64,000 nucleotides of DNA from Planctomycetota bacterium (GTDB lineage Bacteria; Planctomycetota; PLA2; JAEUHO01): assembly GCA_965222115.1 (NCBI GenBank), contig CBDCTJ010000003.1, positions 288,001 through 352,000 of the forward strand. The letters are read 5' to 3'. Numbering within the stretch: position 1 is the first letter of the stretch; every line of letters begins with the position of its first letter. The notes under the pieces were generated by a model, which was given only the letters and a program-made list of their open reading frames with translations, made no database searches and was not told the DNA's origin. A program made the translations under genes and the position numbers. Shown here piece by piece: positions 39,165 through 51,400 of the stretch.

Positions 39165-42100
39165 ATGGTCTACGCCGGTACGCAAACCACGAAGAACGTA
39201 TTGACCGGCGCGTGGATCGTTCTGTTCGCTGTACTGATTTCTGGGGTCGCATCCGCCAAGGAACAGGATGCGAAGTCCAACGAGGCGAGACCTTCGGTAG
39301 CGTCGATCGCAGCAAGAGTACTCACCGCGCTAAACGATGAGGACAAGTCGACGCTGTCGGTGTTGGCGAACGCCGATGAGCCCGATCCATGGCTCGTGGC
39401 CCATGAACTGTGTAAGCGAGAGACGCACCTCGCCGCAAACGCGTTCGCGAATGCAACGGCTGCATCCACTCGATCGTCACTTGTCAAATACGTAGAGGTG
39501 CAAACCAAGACCGGCGTCCATGCGGCAACGGAGAAGGCGCTCGCGAGTGCGCGCGCCGCATTCAACAAGAAGGACTTGAAGGGCCTACTCAAGTCGCTCG
39601 CATCGATCGATGACGCGCCCGTTTCCGTAGCGCGCATTGAAGCCCAGTACTTGAGAGGGATCGCACTACAAACTTCGGGCAGCGTCAAAGAGAGTATTGA
39701 GGCGTTCCGCGCGGTCCGACAGAGTGCAGCGTCACTCGGGTGGCTGGCTCGCGAAGCGGATGCGCTTTACGAGTTGGGGCGCTCGGCGCTCGCGACCAAA
39801 AAGACCGAGTTGGCCCTCGCGTCTTGGAAACAGCAGCTCGCCATCGACACGCAACGCGGAAACAAGACATCACTAGCCCGCTGCCACAGCGCACTTTCCA
39901 ACGCCTATTCGCGTACCAACAATCCCGAGACCGCCGTGGAACACGGGTCAAAAGCGCTTGAGCTGTTTCGCGCTACGAAGAACAACCACCGCACGGCAGA
40001 GATCGCACATCGCCTCGCTTCGCTCTACGAACGATTGAACGAATCCGATAAGGCAATCTCGCACTTCAAGGAATCGGCCGCGTTGTTTTCTAAGGCGAAG
40101 AACAAGCCCTTCCTTGCCCCCACGCTTCACAATCTAGGCCGCGTCCATGACCACCGCGGTGAACACCCCGAGGCACTCAAGTACTACGCCGAGTCACTGG
40201 TGATCTTTCGGGAACTGGGAAACAAAAAGAACGTTGCTCATGCGCTCTCCAGCATCGCAACGATGCATGAAAAACTCGGAAGTTTCAACAAGGCCATCAA
40301 AACAGCGGAGGAATCGCTGGCTATCTGCCAGTCGATCAACGACTCACACGGTATCGCACGCGCCCTCAACGATCTTGGCATCATTTGCGAGGGAGCCGGG
40401 CGCCTGGCCGATGCAATCAAGCACTACAGCGCAGCCCGCGAGATTTTTCGCGCCCTCAAGGATGAAGGACGGGTAGCGCAAGAGACGCACAACCTGGGTG
40501 TCGTGTACGACCGCCGCGGTGACGTCAAACGTGCGATGGCCTGTTTTCGCGAAGCCATGGCGGTATTTGACGACCAAGGAGACCTCCGCGGCGGTGCGTC
40601 GTGTCGCAATAACCTTGCGTTGGCGCTGATTCACTCTGGACGCGTGCAGGAGGGCATCGCCTATCAAGAAGAGTGCCTAAGAATCCATCGCACACTCAAG
40701 AACAAAGATGGCGCGGCCCGTGCACTGAGCAATATCGGCATGACACACGCCATTCTTGGTGACACCAAGAAGGCCATTGAGATGTACAAGGAATCGGTTG
40801 CCATTCGCCGAACGATCGCCGATGTGCGCGGTCTTACCGAATCGCTTCACAACCTGGCAAGCGCCTATGAAGAGCTAAGTCAAGCGGATCGCGCCATGAA
40901 TCTCTACAAGGAGGCGCTAGCACTCAAGAAGCGGATAGGGGATCCCGCGTCTATTGCCGCCACGCTGGTCAACATGGGTATATTGTTTGGACGTCGGGGC
41001 GAGACGGCCAAGGCGATCCAGCACTTCAAAGAAGGCTATGCATCGTTCAAATCGATCCACGATCAAGCGGGCATGGCATCCGCTCTAAGCAATCTGGGCA
41101 AGGAACACGTCCGACTGGGGGAAGCAACCAAGGCGTTGGCCGTCCTCAAGGAAGCGCAGTCGTACCTTCAGGATTCACCTGCATGGCACACGAAGGCGAA
41201 CGTGTTGGGATCATTGGCCTCCTTGGCGATGCGAAGTAAGGACTACGTGAGCGCCGTCGCCCTTGCCCGAGAGGGCTCCGATGTCGTGCTGCGTGTATCC
41301 GCGCAACTTGCCGACGTTGATGCTGCACGGGCGAACGAACTCTATAGCGACGTGTATGAACTCGGTGTGTGGGCGGCCCACAAGGCCGGTGACGCAACGT
41401 CACTTTTTTCGATGCTTGAACACGGGCGCGCGAGTTCGCTTCGATTGTCGTTGGGGTCTCGTAAACAACTCGAAGCGGCGGTGATTCCCGAGACGCTTCG
41501 ACAGGAACTGGCCGAAGCACGCGAGCAAGAACGCGTTGCGCTGGACGCCTTGGCAGGCGCACGCGCATCCACCGACATCGCGGTGCGAAAAGCGCGCAAA
41601 CGCGCTTGGCTGCGTGCGCAGGATCAAGTTCGCACAGTGACGGCGCGCATCGAACGCGATGCCAAGTCTGCGGCCCATGTGACGCTCTCTCAGCCAGACA
41701 CCATGGCGCAGGCCCAAGCGCGTCTGGAGGAAGACGAGGCCATGGTGCTCTACCAGGACACGGAGCACGGCTCGCTTGCACTCATCATCCGCCGCGATCA
41801 AGCACGCGCCGTGGATCTGCCATCGTTTGACTACGTTCGTAAGACGGTGCGAACGCTCCTCGACTCCGGGAAGGGTATCAATCCCGCCGCAGCGTCGTCG
41901 CTTGCCACGCTAGTTGTAGACCCCCTCAAGCTCTCAAGCGACGTGCGACGCGTGCTGATATCCCCCACCGATGTGCTTGGCTTCATACCATTCTCGCTGG
42001 TCATGCCCGACAACGTGGTGAGCTACACGCCATCAGCAACAACGCATGGCATTCTCTATCAACATCGCGACCTTCGTGGCAAACGCGTGCTTGCCGTAGG

Positions 42101-42779
42101 CGATCCCGACTACGACGCCATCGTTGGCGAGGACACGAAAACGGTCACGGGTGCGCTGCCCGAAGAGACACTGTCTGGCAAGCAGGTACTCGCGGCACGG
42201 CGCGGCAGCGGCTTCTTCAAGCTCGCGCGTCTGCCCAATACACGCATCGAAGTGTCTGCTATTGGTTCCGTCAAGTTGCTCGGCAAGGAAGCCACCGAAA
42301 CCGGCTTCGCGAAGGCCGTCCAGCAAGAAGCCCGTTGGCGAAGCGTACACTTCGCGTGCCATGGCTTGGTCAGCCCGTCCCGACCCACGTCATCTGCGCT
42401 CGCGTTGGCCGCCGACACGGAATCCGATGGACTGCTTACGGCGCTGGAAGTGTTTCGTATGAAAGTGCCCACCGACCTTGTTGTCATGTCGGCGTGCCGC
42501 ACCGGAAAGGGAAAGATCTACAAGACGGAGGGCATCGTTGGGCTGACACGCGCGTTCATGTTTGCCGGAACACCACGCGTGCTATGCAGCCTCTGGGACG
42601 TCGATGACGAGGCCACGAAAGCGCTCATGATCAAATTCTACGAGTACTGGAGTCCAAAAGATGGCAAAGGCCTGACGGCCGCCGAAGCCCTCAAGCGCGC
42701 ACAGGACCACGTTCGCGCGCAGAAGAAATGGGAACACCCGGCCTACTGGGCGGCGTGGGTGTTGTGGGGCCTTCCCTAA
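39165..42779 (+). CDS. TPR-repeat CHAT (caspase-like) protease
   Basis: Signal-peptide-like leader, more than 10 TPR repeats (NLG/NIG), CHAT HFACHG, VMSACRTG, SLWDVDD, HPAYWAA. Confidence 0.9.
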   Translation: MVYAGTQTTKNVLTGAWIVLFAVLISGVASAKEQDAKSNEARPSVASIAARVLTALNDEDKSTLSVLANADEPDPWLVAHELCKRETHLAANAFANATAASTRSSLVKYVEVQTKTGVHAATEKALASARAAFNKKDLKGLLKSLASIDDAPVSVARIEAQYLRGIALQTSGSVKESIEAFRAVRQSAASLGWLAREADALYELGRSALATKKTELALASWKQQLAIDTQRGNKTSLARCHSALSNAYSRTNNPETAVEHGSKALELFRATKNNHRTAEIAHRLASLYERLNESDKAISHFKESAALFSKAKNKPFLAPTLHNLGRVHDHRGEHPEALKYYAESLVIFRELGNKKNVAHALSSIATMHEKLGSFNKAIKTAEESLAICQSINDSHGIARALNDLGIICEGAGRLADAIKHYSAAREIFRALKDEGRVAQETHNLGVVYDRRGDVKRAMACFREAMAVFDDQGDLRGGASCRNNLALALIHSGRVQEGIAYQEECLRIHRTLKNKDGAARALSNIGMTHAILGDTKKAIEMYKESVAIRRTIADVRGLTESLHNLASAYEELSQADRAMNLYKEALALKKRIGDPASIAATLVNMGILFGRRGETAKAIQHFKEGYASFKSIHDQAGMASALSNLGKEHVRLGEATKALAVLKEAQSYLQDSPAWHTKANVLGSLASLAMRSKDYVSAVALAREGSDVVLRVSAQLADVDAARANELYSDVYELGVWAAHKAGDATSLFSMLEHGRASSLRLSLGSRKQLEAAVIPETLRQELAEAREQERVALDALAGARASTDIAVRKARKRAWLRAQDQVRTVTARIERDAKSAAHVTLSQPDTMAQAQARLEEDEAMVLYQDTEHGSLALIIRRDQARAVDLPSFDYVRKTVRTLLDSGKGINPAAASSLATLVVDPLKLSSDVRRVLISPTDVLGFIPFSLVMPDNVVSYTPSATTHGILYQHRDLRGKRVLAVGDPDYDAIVGEDTKTVTGALPEETLSGKQVLAARRGSGFFKLARLPNTRIEVSAIGSVKLLGKEATETGFAKAVQQEARWRSVHFACHGLVSPSRPTSSALALAADTESDGLLTALEVFRMKVPTDLVVMSACRTGKGKIYKTEGIVGLTRAFMFAGTPRVLCSLWDVDDEATKALMIKFYEYWSPKDGKGLTAAEALKRAQDHVRAQKKWEHPAYWAAWVLWGLP

Positions 42780-42785
42780 CCCGAT

Positions 42786-43787
42786 CTACGAGCTCATCTT
42801 TCGCAGCAAATCCACACAGCGAGCGCTATAGCCCCACTCGTTGTCGTACCAACCACAGAGTTTGATCACATTGCCACTCACCATGGTGAGCGGTGCGTCG
42901 TAGATACAACTGTGCGGGTCCCCGATGATGTCGGAACTCACGATGGGATCGGTGTTGTAGCGAAGAACGCCTTTCATGGGGCCGTCGGCCGCCTTGCGCA
43001 TGGCGTCGTTCACGGCATCGATCGACACGTCCTTGGTGTCACAGACCACGGTGAGATCGACGATGCTGCCGTTGGGAACGGGGACCCGCACGGCAAAGCC
43101 GTCGAGCTTGCCATCAAGTTCCGGCAGGACCTTGCCAACGGCACGCGCGGCGCCGGTCGTTGTGGGAATGATGTTGGTGGCCGCGGTGCGCGCACGTCTC
43201 GGATCTTTGTGGGGCAAATCCAAGATGCGTTGATCGTTTGTGTAGGCGTGGATGGTATTCATCAAGCCGCGTTCGATGCCAAAGGCGTCATGGAGCACCT
43301 TGGCCATGGGCGCTAAACAGTTGGTCGTACATGAAGCATTGCTCACGAGTTTGTGCTCCGGCTTGAGCACATCGTCATTAACGCCAAGCACAACGAGCGC
43401 ATCCACAGAATCCTTCGGTGGCACGGTGAGCAGCACCTTGGACGCGCCGGCCGCGATGTGTTGCTCAAGTTGCGCGCGCTGACGAAAGACGCCCGTAGAC
43501 TCCACCACAAGCGGATTGCCAAGTTTGTGCCAAGGCAACTTCGACGGATCGCGCTCCGACAACAGCGGTATTCGCTTGTCGCCCAAAACCAAGTAATCGC
43601 CATCCAGCGACACGTCGCCATCAAACTTGCCGTGCGTGCTGTCGAACCGCAAGAGCGTGGTCAGCATGTGGGCGTCGCCTAGGTCATTGATCGCCACGAT
43701 GTCAAACGCACCCGGCGACTGATGCATGATGCGAAACACCTGCCGCCCAATGCGACCAAACCCGTTGATGGCTACACGAATCGTCAT
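42786..43787 (-). CDS. gap: Type I glyceraldehyde-3-phosphate dehydrogenase
   Basis: [29 protein letters not shown]. Confidence 0.98.
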   Translation of the reverse strand: MTIRVAINGFGRIGRQVFRIMHQSPGAFDIVAINDLGDAHMLTTLLRFDSTHGKFDGDVSLDGDYLVLGDKRIPLLSERDPSKLPWHKLGNPLVVESTGVFRQRAQLEQHIAAGASKVLLTVPPKDSVDALVVLGVNDDVLKPEHKLVSNASCTTNCLAPMAKVLHDAFGIERGLMNTIHAYTNDQRILDLPHKDPRRARTAATNIIPTTTGAARAVGKVLPELDGKLDGFAVRVPVPNGSIVDLTVVCDTKDVSIDAVNDAMRKAADGPMKGVLRYNTDPIVSSDIIGDPHSCIYDAPLTMVSGNVIKLCGWYDNEWGYSARCVDLLRKMSS

Positions 43788-43958
43788 GTCGGTTCCTAGT
43801 GATTGCGGCGAAAGGTAGCGGTACGAGATCGTGACGCGCGCCCACGCCGAACTGAATGGGCGAGAGCTTACGACTGCCAGCCTCTTCCTACGCGGGATTT
43901 CGCATTCTTCGACAGACCACATGCCGAATTGTTCACCTCCCCCACGATTGGCACCAGG

Positions 43959-45347
43959 ATGGTCGAAGTGAACACTGCCTTCCCCCTCCTCGAACCCATC
44001 CGAAACGCGTGGCGCATGCGTGGATTTCCCACGTCGGGGAAATTGATTCTGGCCTGTAGCGCCGGTGCAGATAGCACGGCCCTCGCCGCCCTTGTGGGAC
44101 GGCTGCGCAACGCGGGATGGAGCATTCGGCCGCGGCTGGCCTACGTCAATCATGGATGGCGCTCGGAATCCGAGGTGCAGGCCGACGTAGCGCACGTCCG
44201 CGCGCTGGGTGCTCGGCTGCGAATGCCGGTTGTCATTTCGCCCCCCCCGCCGCCACCTGTTCGACGAACGGAGGCTGCGGCCAGGGCATATCGATATCAG
44301 TTTCTTACCGATCTTGCTAACGGGGTGGACGCCGTCGCCGTCGCCACCGGTCACCATCGACTCGATCAAGCGGAAACCGTTCTCATGCGCGCACTGCGCG
44401 GTAGTGGTGCGTGGGGATTGGCAGGGATGCTTCCCTCGCGTGCCCTGGGCGCCAGTACGATCAAGCTCATTCGCCCGCTACTTGACGCGGACCCCGGCGA
44501 ACTTCGCGAGTGGTTGGCAAAAGAGGGCATCCCTTGGCGAAACGATCCGAGCAACACGGACGTGCACTTTGACCGCGTGCGGGCGCGCCAACGACTGACG
44601 GCGCCCGGCCAACGGGTCACCGTCGATGCACTCAACCAGCTCGCATGCTCGTTTCAACGAAAGCGCCAGTCGCTTCAGACACGCGTCAAACGCATGGTTC
44701 AGAACGAGCTTCGCGTGTACCCGTGGAGCCAGTCCTTAGCCATTCGGCGGCACGTGTTGCGCGACATGAGCATCATGGAGTGCGACTGCGTGATGCGAAT
44801 GATGTGCCGCACACTGATCCCTGGACACAACGGTCCGCTGTTCACGCAGCATCAACTCGCCCACGTCATGGCGATCATTGAACACGGCGGTGCGCTCGAT
44901 TTGCCTAACGGGCTCGTGCTTTCGTCGCACGGATCTGTTGTGTGGGTCGCAACCCGCGCCGATTCGTCGTTGCGACTACCAACGCTGCAGGTATGCGCCC
45001 TCACTGCGGACTCTCACAATGTCGCGCCAGCATCCATGCCGTTTGGCGAAGCGTTGGTGGACAAGCAAAGAATCACCGGGGCGTTGCGCGTACGCTTGGC
45101 GCGCAGGGACGATCAATTCACGCCATATAGCCGTTCGACACGAATCCGCAAAGTGAACGTACCCGCGTGGTTGAAATCGCAAGGTATCGCGCGGGTTGGA
45201 CGTCGTGGGCAACCCGTCGTAATCGATGTCGAAGACAAAATCGTGTGGGTGATTGGACACCGGATTGCGAACACGGTAGCGGTAGGACCGACATCCCAGA
45301 ACGTGCTCCACCTGCGCGTCGAGATTCCTCCGCTACGAATGAGTTAA
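43959..45347 (+). CDS. tilS: tRNA(Ile)-lysidine synthetase
   Basis: SAGADS PP-loop, NHGWR, EAAAR.YRY, HH.LDQAET, RPLL, DPSN. Confidence 0.92.
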   Translation: MVEVNTAFPLLEPIRNAWRMRGFPTSGKLILACSAGADSTALAALVGRLRNAGWSIRPRLAYVNHGWRSESEVQADVAHVRALGARLRMPVVISPPPPPPVRRTEAAARAYRYQFLTDLANGVDAVAVATGHHRLDQAETVLMRALRGSGAWGLAGMLPSRALGASTIKLIRPLLDADPGELREWLAKEGIPWRNDPSNTDVHFDRVRARQRLTAPGQRVTVDALNQLACSFQRKRQSLQTRVKRMVQNELRVYPWSQSLAIRRHVLRDMSIMECDCVMRMMCRTLIPGHNGPLFTQHQLAHVMAIIEHGGALDLPNGLVLSSHGSVVWVATRADSSLRLPTLQVCALTADSHNVAPASMPFGEALVDKQRITGALRVRLARRDDQFTPYSRSTRIRKVNVPAWLKSQGIARVGRRGQPVVIDVEDKIVWVIGHRIANTVAVGPTSQNVLHLRVEIPPLRMS

Positions 45348-45354
45348 GGCGGGG

Positions 45355-45636
45355 CTAGGACGCAGATTCAGCAGGTTCTTCTTTCTTGGCGCCTTCGGAG
45401 AGGTTCTTTTTCTTTTCCTCTTCAAGTGGCTCGTCGAGTCCCTTTTTGAAGCTGCTAATGCCCTGACCGAGTGAGCGTGCCACCGAGGGCAATCGGCGGC
45501 CAAACAGGAGCAACGCAATAAAAAGGACGATGAGCCATTCGTAGCCGCCGCCAAAACCCGCAATTGGCAGGGCGGAATCAAGCGAAGCCAAAGAACCTGC
45601 GGGACCGGCGAGGGGCGACATTGCCTCAGAAACCAT
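45355..45636 (-). CDS. tatA: Twin-arginine translocase TatA/E
   Basis: 'EWLIVLFIALLLFGRRLP.VARSLGQGISSFKKGL'. Confidence 0.9.
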   Translation of the reverse strand: MVSEAMSPLAGPAGSLASLDSALPIAGFGGGYEWLIVLFIALLLFGRRLPSVARSLGQGISSFKKGLDEPLEEEKKKNLSEGAKKEEPAESAS

Positions 45637-45835
45637 GGGAGACACTCCGAACGACGGGACACAGGACGCGCGCCCGAACGACGCAGTCCACTCTACCACT
45701 TACCCCGAGAATCGGGGGGAGGTTCGCGTCAAAGGCGCGGCCGATGGCAAAAACGGCCTTCGAACTCCGCAATCTCCATTGGTGTGCATCAATCGTGGGC
45801 GGCCGAGGCTCTGTCGAGCGGCGAAGGCGAGCGAT

Positions 45836-47137
45836 CTAGCGAAGCTTCGGAATGGCCGCGACGACGGTGCCGTCGGCCGTAGCAGCATAGATGGCGCCAT
45901 CGTTTCGATTGGTGGGGATCAGGTCGAACACGCCCAAGTCCAGGGAGCCCTTGACCTTATATTTGTCCATGGCATCGCGAAAGTGAATCGTGCGACCGCG
46001 ATCGACCGTCACGATGTACTTACCTTGGTGACAGACGGGGCGCGAGGCGTTGGTGTCACGAAACAGCGGTTGGCCGGAAAGTGCATCAAACGCGTGAAGA
46101 CCCGTGACCGATTTGGCAAACACCGTTCCCACGTATTGACGCTTCTTGATGGGCGAAGCGCCTTCAACATCAGATTTCACCGAAATGGTCTTGTAACCGC
46201 CTACGACATAGGGCGCTGTCTTGATGGCGCGCTCCGCGCCGCCCAGCCACTTGATGCGGCCGGTGGACAACTCGATGCAGTAGAGATTGCCCTCGGTATT
46301 GCCTGCATAGACAAGCCCCGAAGGACTGAGCGTAATCCCGCGGACGGAACCGCCAATCGAGCGCTCCCACATCACACCCTTGGGCGCCGAGGCCCGTGCT
46401 GCCAGCGCCGTCACAACACCATCGTCGGCCGCAAACGCGAGAATCTCACCGCTGGAATCCATGACGGGATCGCCGTAAATCAGGCCTGTACTGCGATAGC
46501 CCCAGCCAGCACGTCCAGTGTGGAGATTCACACTCTCTATCGTCTTATTGTTGCGTGGGCTACCCAACGATCCGACAAACGCCATCGATGCATTGGTAGC
46601 AACGCCACTTGATGCCGTGAATGTGAGGCGCACGGGGAAACGCTCACCGCGCGCGCCGGAACGCTTGTGTACCGCATCGAGCCAGTTGACACCCTTCGAA
46701 TCCTTCGTGAGGAAGGTGTAATGTGTTGGGCCTTCCGAAGGCACTTTGGCAAGCGGCGACTTAAGTGTGGTTACCCAACGCGGTTGAAGGTTGCGCTTGT
46801 CGAGGCAGTACACGCGTCCGTTCTTACTCACGATAATGAGGTGACGCTTCATCAAGTACATGCCGGCAATGGCAAGCGGTCCACGGCTATGAAGATTCGC
46901 ACGCAATACGTGCACGTCCCAAGGAAGCCGTTCAAGGCGCTGAACACCGAAGTCGGCTTTGCCGCCAACACCACCTTGAATCGGCTTTGCCGGTCGAAGT
47001 AGCGGACCGTCATCCGGCGCGGCATACACGGTTGAGGACGAACACAGTGTTGAGGACGGAAGCGCTGGGGTCAGGCCGACGACGAGCGCGACAACAAAGA
47101 AAAGCCCGACGATTCGCTTCATTTGAAACCCTGGCAT
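45836..47137 (-). CDS. PQQ-like beta-propeller (BamB-like) exported protein
   Basis: Signal peptide MKRIVGLFF; repeats 'G.VYCLD....W' and 'GNLYCIELSTGRIKW'. Confidence 0.75.
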   Translation of the reverse strand: MPGFQMKRIVGLFFVVALVVGLTPALPSSTLCSSSTVYAAPDDGPLLRPAKPIQGGVGGKADFGVQRLERLPWDVHVLRANLHSRGPLAIAGMYLMKRHLIIVSKNGRVYCLDKRNLQPRWVTTLKSPLAKVPSEGPTHYTFLTKDSKGVNWLDAVHKRSGARGERFPVRLTFTASSGVATNASMAFVGSLGSPRNNKTIESVNLHTGRAGWGYRSTGLIYGDPVMDSSGEILAFAADDGVVTALAARASAPKGVMWERSIGGSVRGITLSPSGLVYAGNTEGNLYCIELSTGRIKWLGGAERAIKTAPYVVGGYKTISVKSDVEGASPIKKRQYVGTVFAKSVTGLHAFDALSGQPLFRDTNASRPVCHQGKYIVTVDRGRTIHFRDAMDKYKVKGSLDLGVFDLIPTNRNDGAIYAATADGTVVAAIPKLR

Positions 47138-47592
47138 GTTGCTCTTCCCGATACGTACTTGGTTCGAAACGTATTGCTGCGCAGTGTCACGCCCATGACG
47201 AGCACAACACCTAGACGAAGGGTTCGCGGCGTTGGATCTCACACGAAGCGCTCCGGCAAAACCGGCGCACCCGTCGCTTGATCCACCCTCCTGACCGCGT
47301 CGTCCAGAGGGCGAAACTACCAAAAATGAGCGCAGAACGAATGCATCCGTTGGTGCGTTTCTTCGCCCAGTTGCGAATTTGCTGCCGTCTGGAGACGAGT
47401 CCCGCCGTCGCCATCCACAGTCGAGTCGCGCAATGTAAGGGGTCGAGAGGCGACACGTGAGGCAAGGGAATCGCGGGCCGCCCCATTGCCGCACCCTCGA
47501 CATAACCACATGATATTCGGAGAGTTACGATGATGTGCGGTCCCGTTTCCTACCTGGACCCACGCCATGTGCGTGATTAGGCTCAACGCCCG

Positions 47593-48336
47593 ATGGAATT
47601 GAAATCCCAAACAACACCGCCAGCAAGGCTGCAGGAGAATCTTGCCCGTATCCAGGCGACCATTGAACGAACTCGCGTCGTTTCAGAGCACGGCGCCAAG
47701 CGCGTTCGATTGATCGTCGTGACCAAGTCGGTTCCGGCAACAAGCTACAAACTACTGGCCCAAGTCGGCATCACGGATATCGGCGAAAACCGTGTTCAAG
47801 CGGCACAGAAGCGATTTCCCGCGGCGCCGCCTTCCTTGACCAAACACGCCATCGGCCGGCTCCAACGCAACAAAGCGCGCCGCGCGGTGCAACTCTTCGA
47901 TGCGTTTCACGCACTGGATCGGCGATCATTGGCGGAACAGCTGCAACTCCACCTTGTGGCGTTGCAGCGCACCTGGCCGGTCTACATCCAAGTCAATGCC
48001 AGCGGAGAACCACAAAAGGCGGGCTTTGCGCCGGATGACGCAATCGAGGCGCTCAAGGCGATGCAGGCCTTTGACCGGCTTCAAATCCGTGGCTGGATGA
48101 CAATGGCGGAAGCGGGAGCGGAGGAACAGGACCTGCGCCGCACGTTTAGTACCCTACGGTGGCTGCGTGACGAGGCTGTACGACTCGGAGTTGGCCGAGT
48201 GCCTGCGTCGGAACTCAGCATGGGGATGAGCGCGGACTATGTCTGTGCCGTCCAAGAAGGCGCCACGATGGTGCGCGTGGGTCGAGCCGTCTTTGACGGT
48301 GTGCGCTTACCGCGGCCGGACGATCGTTCGACATAA
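47593..48336 (+). CDS. yggS: PLP-binding protein YggS/PLPBP
   Basis: VVTK, GENRVQ, IGRLQRNK, LSMGMSADY..AVQEGATMVRVG. Confidence 0.93.
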   Translation: MELKSQTTPPARLQENLARIQATIERTRVVSEHGAKRVRLIVVTKSVPATSYKLLAQVGITDIGENRVQAAQKRFPAAPPSLTKHAIGRLQRNKARRAVQLFDAFHALDRRSLAEQLQLHLVALQRTWPVYIQVNASGEPQKAGFAPDDAIEALKAMQAFDRLQIRGWMTMAEAGAEEQDLRRTFSTLRWLRDEAVRLGVGRVPASELSMGMSADYVCAVQEGATMVRVGRAVFDGVRLPRPDDRST

Positions 48337-48446
48337 ACGTTACGGCCTAGGGACGTGCGTAGCACGTTCGGCCAACAGTCGAACCCATAGTTGGTGCCCA
48401 CAAACGATTCGGACGTGCGCTCGTCGCCCGTCGAAGGAGACCGCGG

Positions 48447-51400
48447 TTGAGCATTCGTCTGCGAATCGAACACGGCCAAGACGAAGGCAAGACCTTCCGC
48501 CTTGCGAAGCCCGGCGTTTATACGGTGGGTCGGCTCCCCAACAACTCGGTGCGCATACTCGACATGCGCGTGTCAAAGTTGCACTGCGAAATCCACATCT
48601 CCGGTGACGGTGCCGCCATTCGTGATCGCTCTTCAAACAATGGCTGCATCATCAATGGGCAACCGCTCGGGGGTGGGGACTCACCCCTTCGTCCCGGGGA
48701 CGAGATTCGCTTGGGGCTCACCATCACGCGCATCCTTAGCGACGGCCAAGCCGACGAGGAAGTATCGCCTTCGGCGGGGCATAGTGCCGAATCGACGCTT
48801 GCCATGCCACGCGATTCGAAGCAAAGCGAAGAACTGCCAAGTCTCCCCCCCGACGAGTTGGTGGGCCGCGACTTGGGCGGCTACGTCGTTCAGAAAAAGA
48901 TCGGCGAGGGTGGCATGGGCGGTGTGTATCTCGCCGAACAGACTTCGCTCAAGCGACACGTGGCCCTCAAGGTGCTGAACGAACAGTTTGCGGCCGACCA
49001 AGCGTTCGTCGATCAGTTTGTCAATGAAGCGCGTGCCGCAGGTGCGCTCAATCACCCCAACGTGGTGCAGGTCTACGACGTCGGAAGCTCCGAGGGTCGC
49101 TACTTCTTTTCGATGGAAGTCATGCCCGGCGGCTCCATCGAAGACCAAGTGAAAGAGACGCGTGCCCAGGGTGGCACGGTGCGTTGGAAGACGGCACTCA
49201 ACTGGTTCATCGACGCTGCCAATGCACTCATTTTCGCGAAAAAGAAGGAAATCCTGCACCGCGACGTCAAGCCCGACAACTTGATGTTGGCCGAAGACGG
49301 CAGCGCGAAGCTCTGTGACCTGGGCCTGGCCAAGAAGTCTGAGCACGGCGACCTCATGAAGAAGGGCATCATCGGCACGCCCCACTTCATTTCCCCCGAG
49401 TCCATCCGCCGCAAGTCCGACATCGATCACCGCACCGATTTGTACAGCCTCGGTTGTTCGTTTTATCGCGTGCTCACCGGAAAGAATCCCTATCCGGCCA
49501 ATACGGTGAAGGAAATTTTACTCGGTCATCTCAACAAGCCGGTTCCGCGCGTAGACGAGCTGCAGTCCGATGTACCGCGCGATCTTTGCGACATCGTAGA
49601 AACGTTGATGGCTAAGGAACCCGACGAGCGCTACGAGTCGCCGGAAGACCTGCTGCAAGCGCTCGACAAGGTGCGGCTGCGCCACGGTTTGGAAGCCCAC
49701 GGCATTCGACCGCACAGTCGTAAGCCGCTCATTTTCGCCGGTCTCGTTGCGCTTGCTGCCATTGGAGCGGGCATCTATTTCGCCACCCGCAAGCCACCGC
49801 CGCCGCCCGTAGATCCCGTGGCCCAAGCGAAACTACGCGAGGCCGAACTCACGCGACTAAACAGTCAATTAGGCCAGTTCGTCAACACCGCGATTCAAGA
49901 TGATATTGGCTTTCGTGAACGTCAAAGTGAAGCCGACTTAGATGAGACTTATTCCGATCCGCGCTGGGGCAAACTGGCCGACGAATGGGAAGCCGCCGGC
50001 AAGACCTGGATCGCCAAGCAAGGCGAGTGGCAGGACAGCGCAAGTAAAGAGAAGGACGCCAAGCGCAAAGAAAAGTACGTGACGCGCGCGGAGGAGCTCA
50101 AAGAAGTCATCGCCCGAGCCACACTCAATCCCATTGAAATACGCAAGCGCGTCAAATATCTCAAAGACAACGAAAAACGCATTAAGACGGCACGCGAGAA
50201 CGCCGCCAAGGCTCTGAAGGAGGGCCTGGAGGGCTATGCCGCAGAGGTGCAGGCCCATTTCGACAAAGGCGAGTACGTAGAACTCGAACGCGCGCTTGAC
50301 ACGAAAAAGATCCAAGCCCTTGTTGAGAAGCTCGCAGGCGCGAAAGACGGCGACATTGCGCTGATCAATCGCAAGAAGCAGGTCGAGCCGTTGGTGAAGA
50401 AGTTGTTTGGCGCAAAACCACCGTATGGCGCGGCGCTGTTGGCCAAGGCCAAGAAGGCCATTGCGCAACAGCATAAGGCGAAGCTCGACGAGGCCAAGAA
50501 GGTCGCAGGAACGCCCGCCACGTCGGACGGTCTTGCCAAGGCTATTGAAGGCATTACCCCCTATCACGACTCGCTGCCTTCGGCCCCCGTCGACAAGACA
50601 CCCGGTCCGATCGAGACGCAGTTGATCAATCAACGATCCGAGGTTGCACGTGCCATCACCGGCATGAAGGGGGAGATTGAAAAACTCCGCAACAAGAGTC
50701 GCAACGCCGACCGAGTTGCGTACTACGAGTTGATACGGCGCCTGAGGTGCCCCTCCCCCTCGCGCGGACTGCTGGCCCAGTTGGCATTCACATCGGCGGC
50801 CTCTGTGGCCCGTACCGCCGCGGAAAAAATGAACACCGCGCCGTTCCGAGCGCTTGCGGAGGATCAGGCCGAGGCGGCCGCTTCCCTCAAGGCGCTGTTT
50901 GACACATTCCCTGGCACGTTCGGGGACTGGAAAGACAAGAAGATTCGTGTCGTGGATTCACGTGGCAAACTGAAAGCGCATACCATCAAAGAGCTCACCA
51001 CCACGTCGCTCAAGTATGGCCGTGAATCCATCAACTTCGTGGAGCGCGGCGTGCCATGGCTACTAGAACGCGTCTTGAAGGACGCCGATGGCAAGCTTCG
51101 CTTCGCACCCAATGGTGAGCAACACTTTGCCATTGCCACCCTGGCCGAGCTTGCTGGCGATTTCGAGCTGGCGGCATCGTCCTACGCAGCGGCCAAGGCG
51201 GCACTCCCGGCCGAAGATCGCCGTACCGAGATCGCGGCACGGCGCATGGGCAAACTTGAAGCTGAAAAGGCGGCCCATGCGTTGTGGAAGGAATGCATCG
51301 ACCTGCTGGAGATGGTACGCGCGTTCAAGCGCAAGCACGCCCCGTCCAAGGCCAGCGGCGGCATGATGAGCGAAGAGGATCGCCAAGCGGTCTTTGCCAA

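Noticed and set aside
43788-44369. Long N-terminal extension of GAPDH (also the track extensions of fldA, purN, thiC and the cyclase)
   Set aside because: These are ORF-caller extensions overlapping neighbouring genes or the riboswitch; family-typical starts lie downstream.
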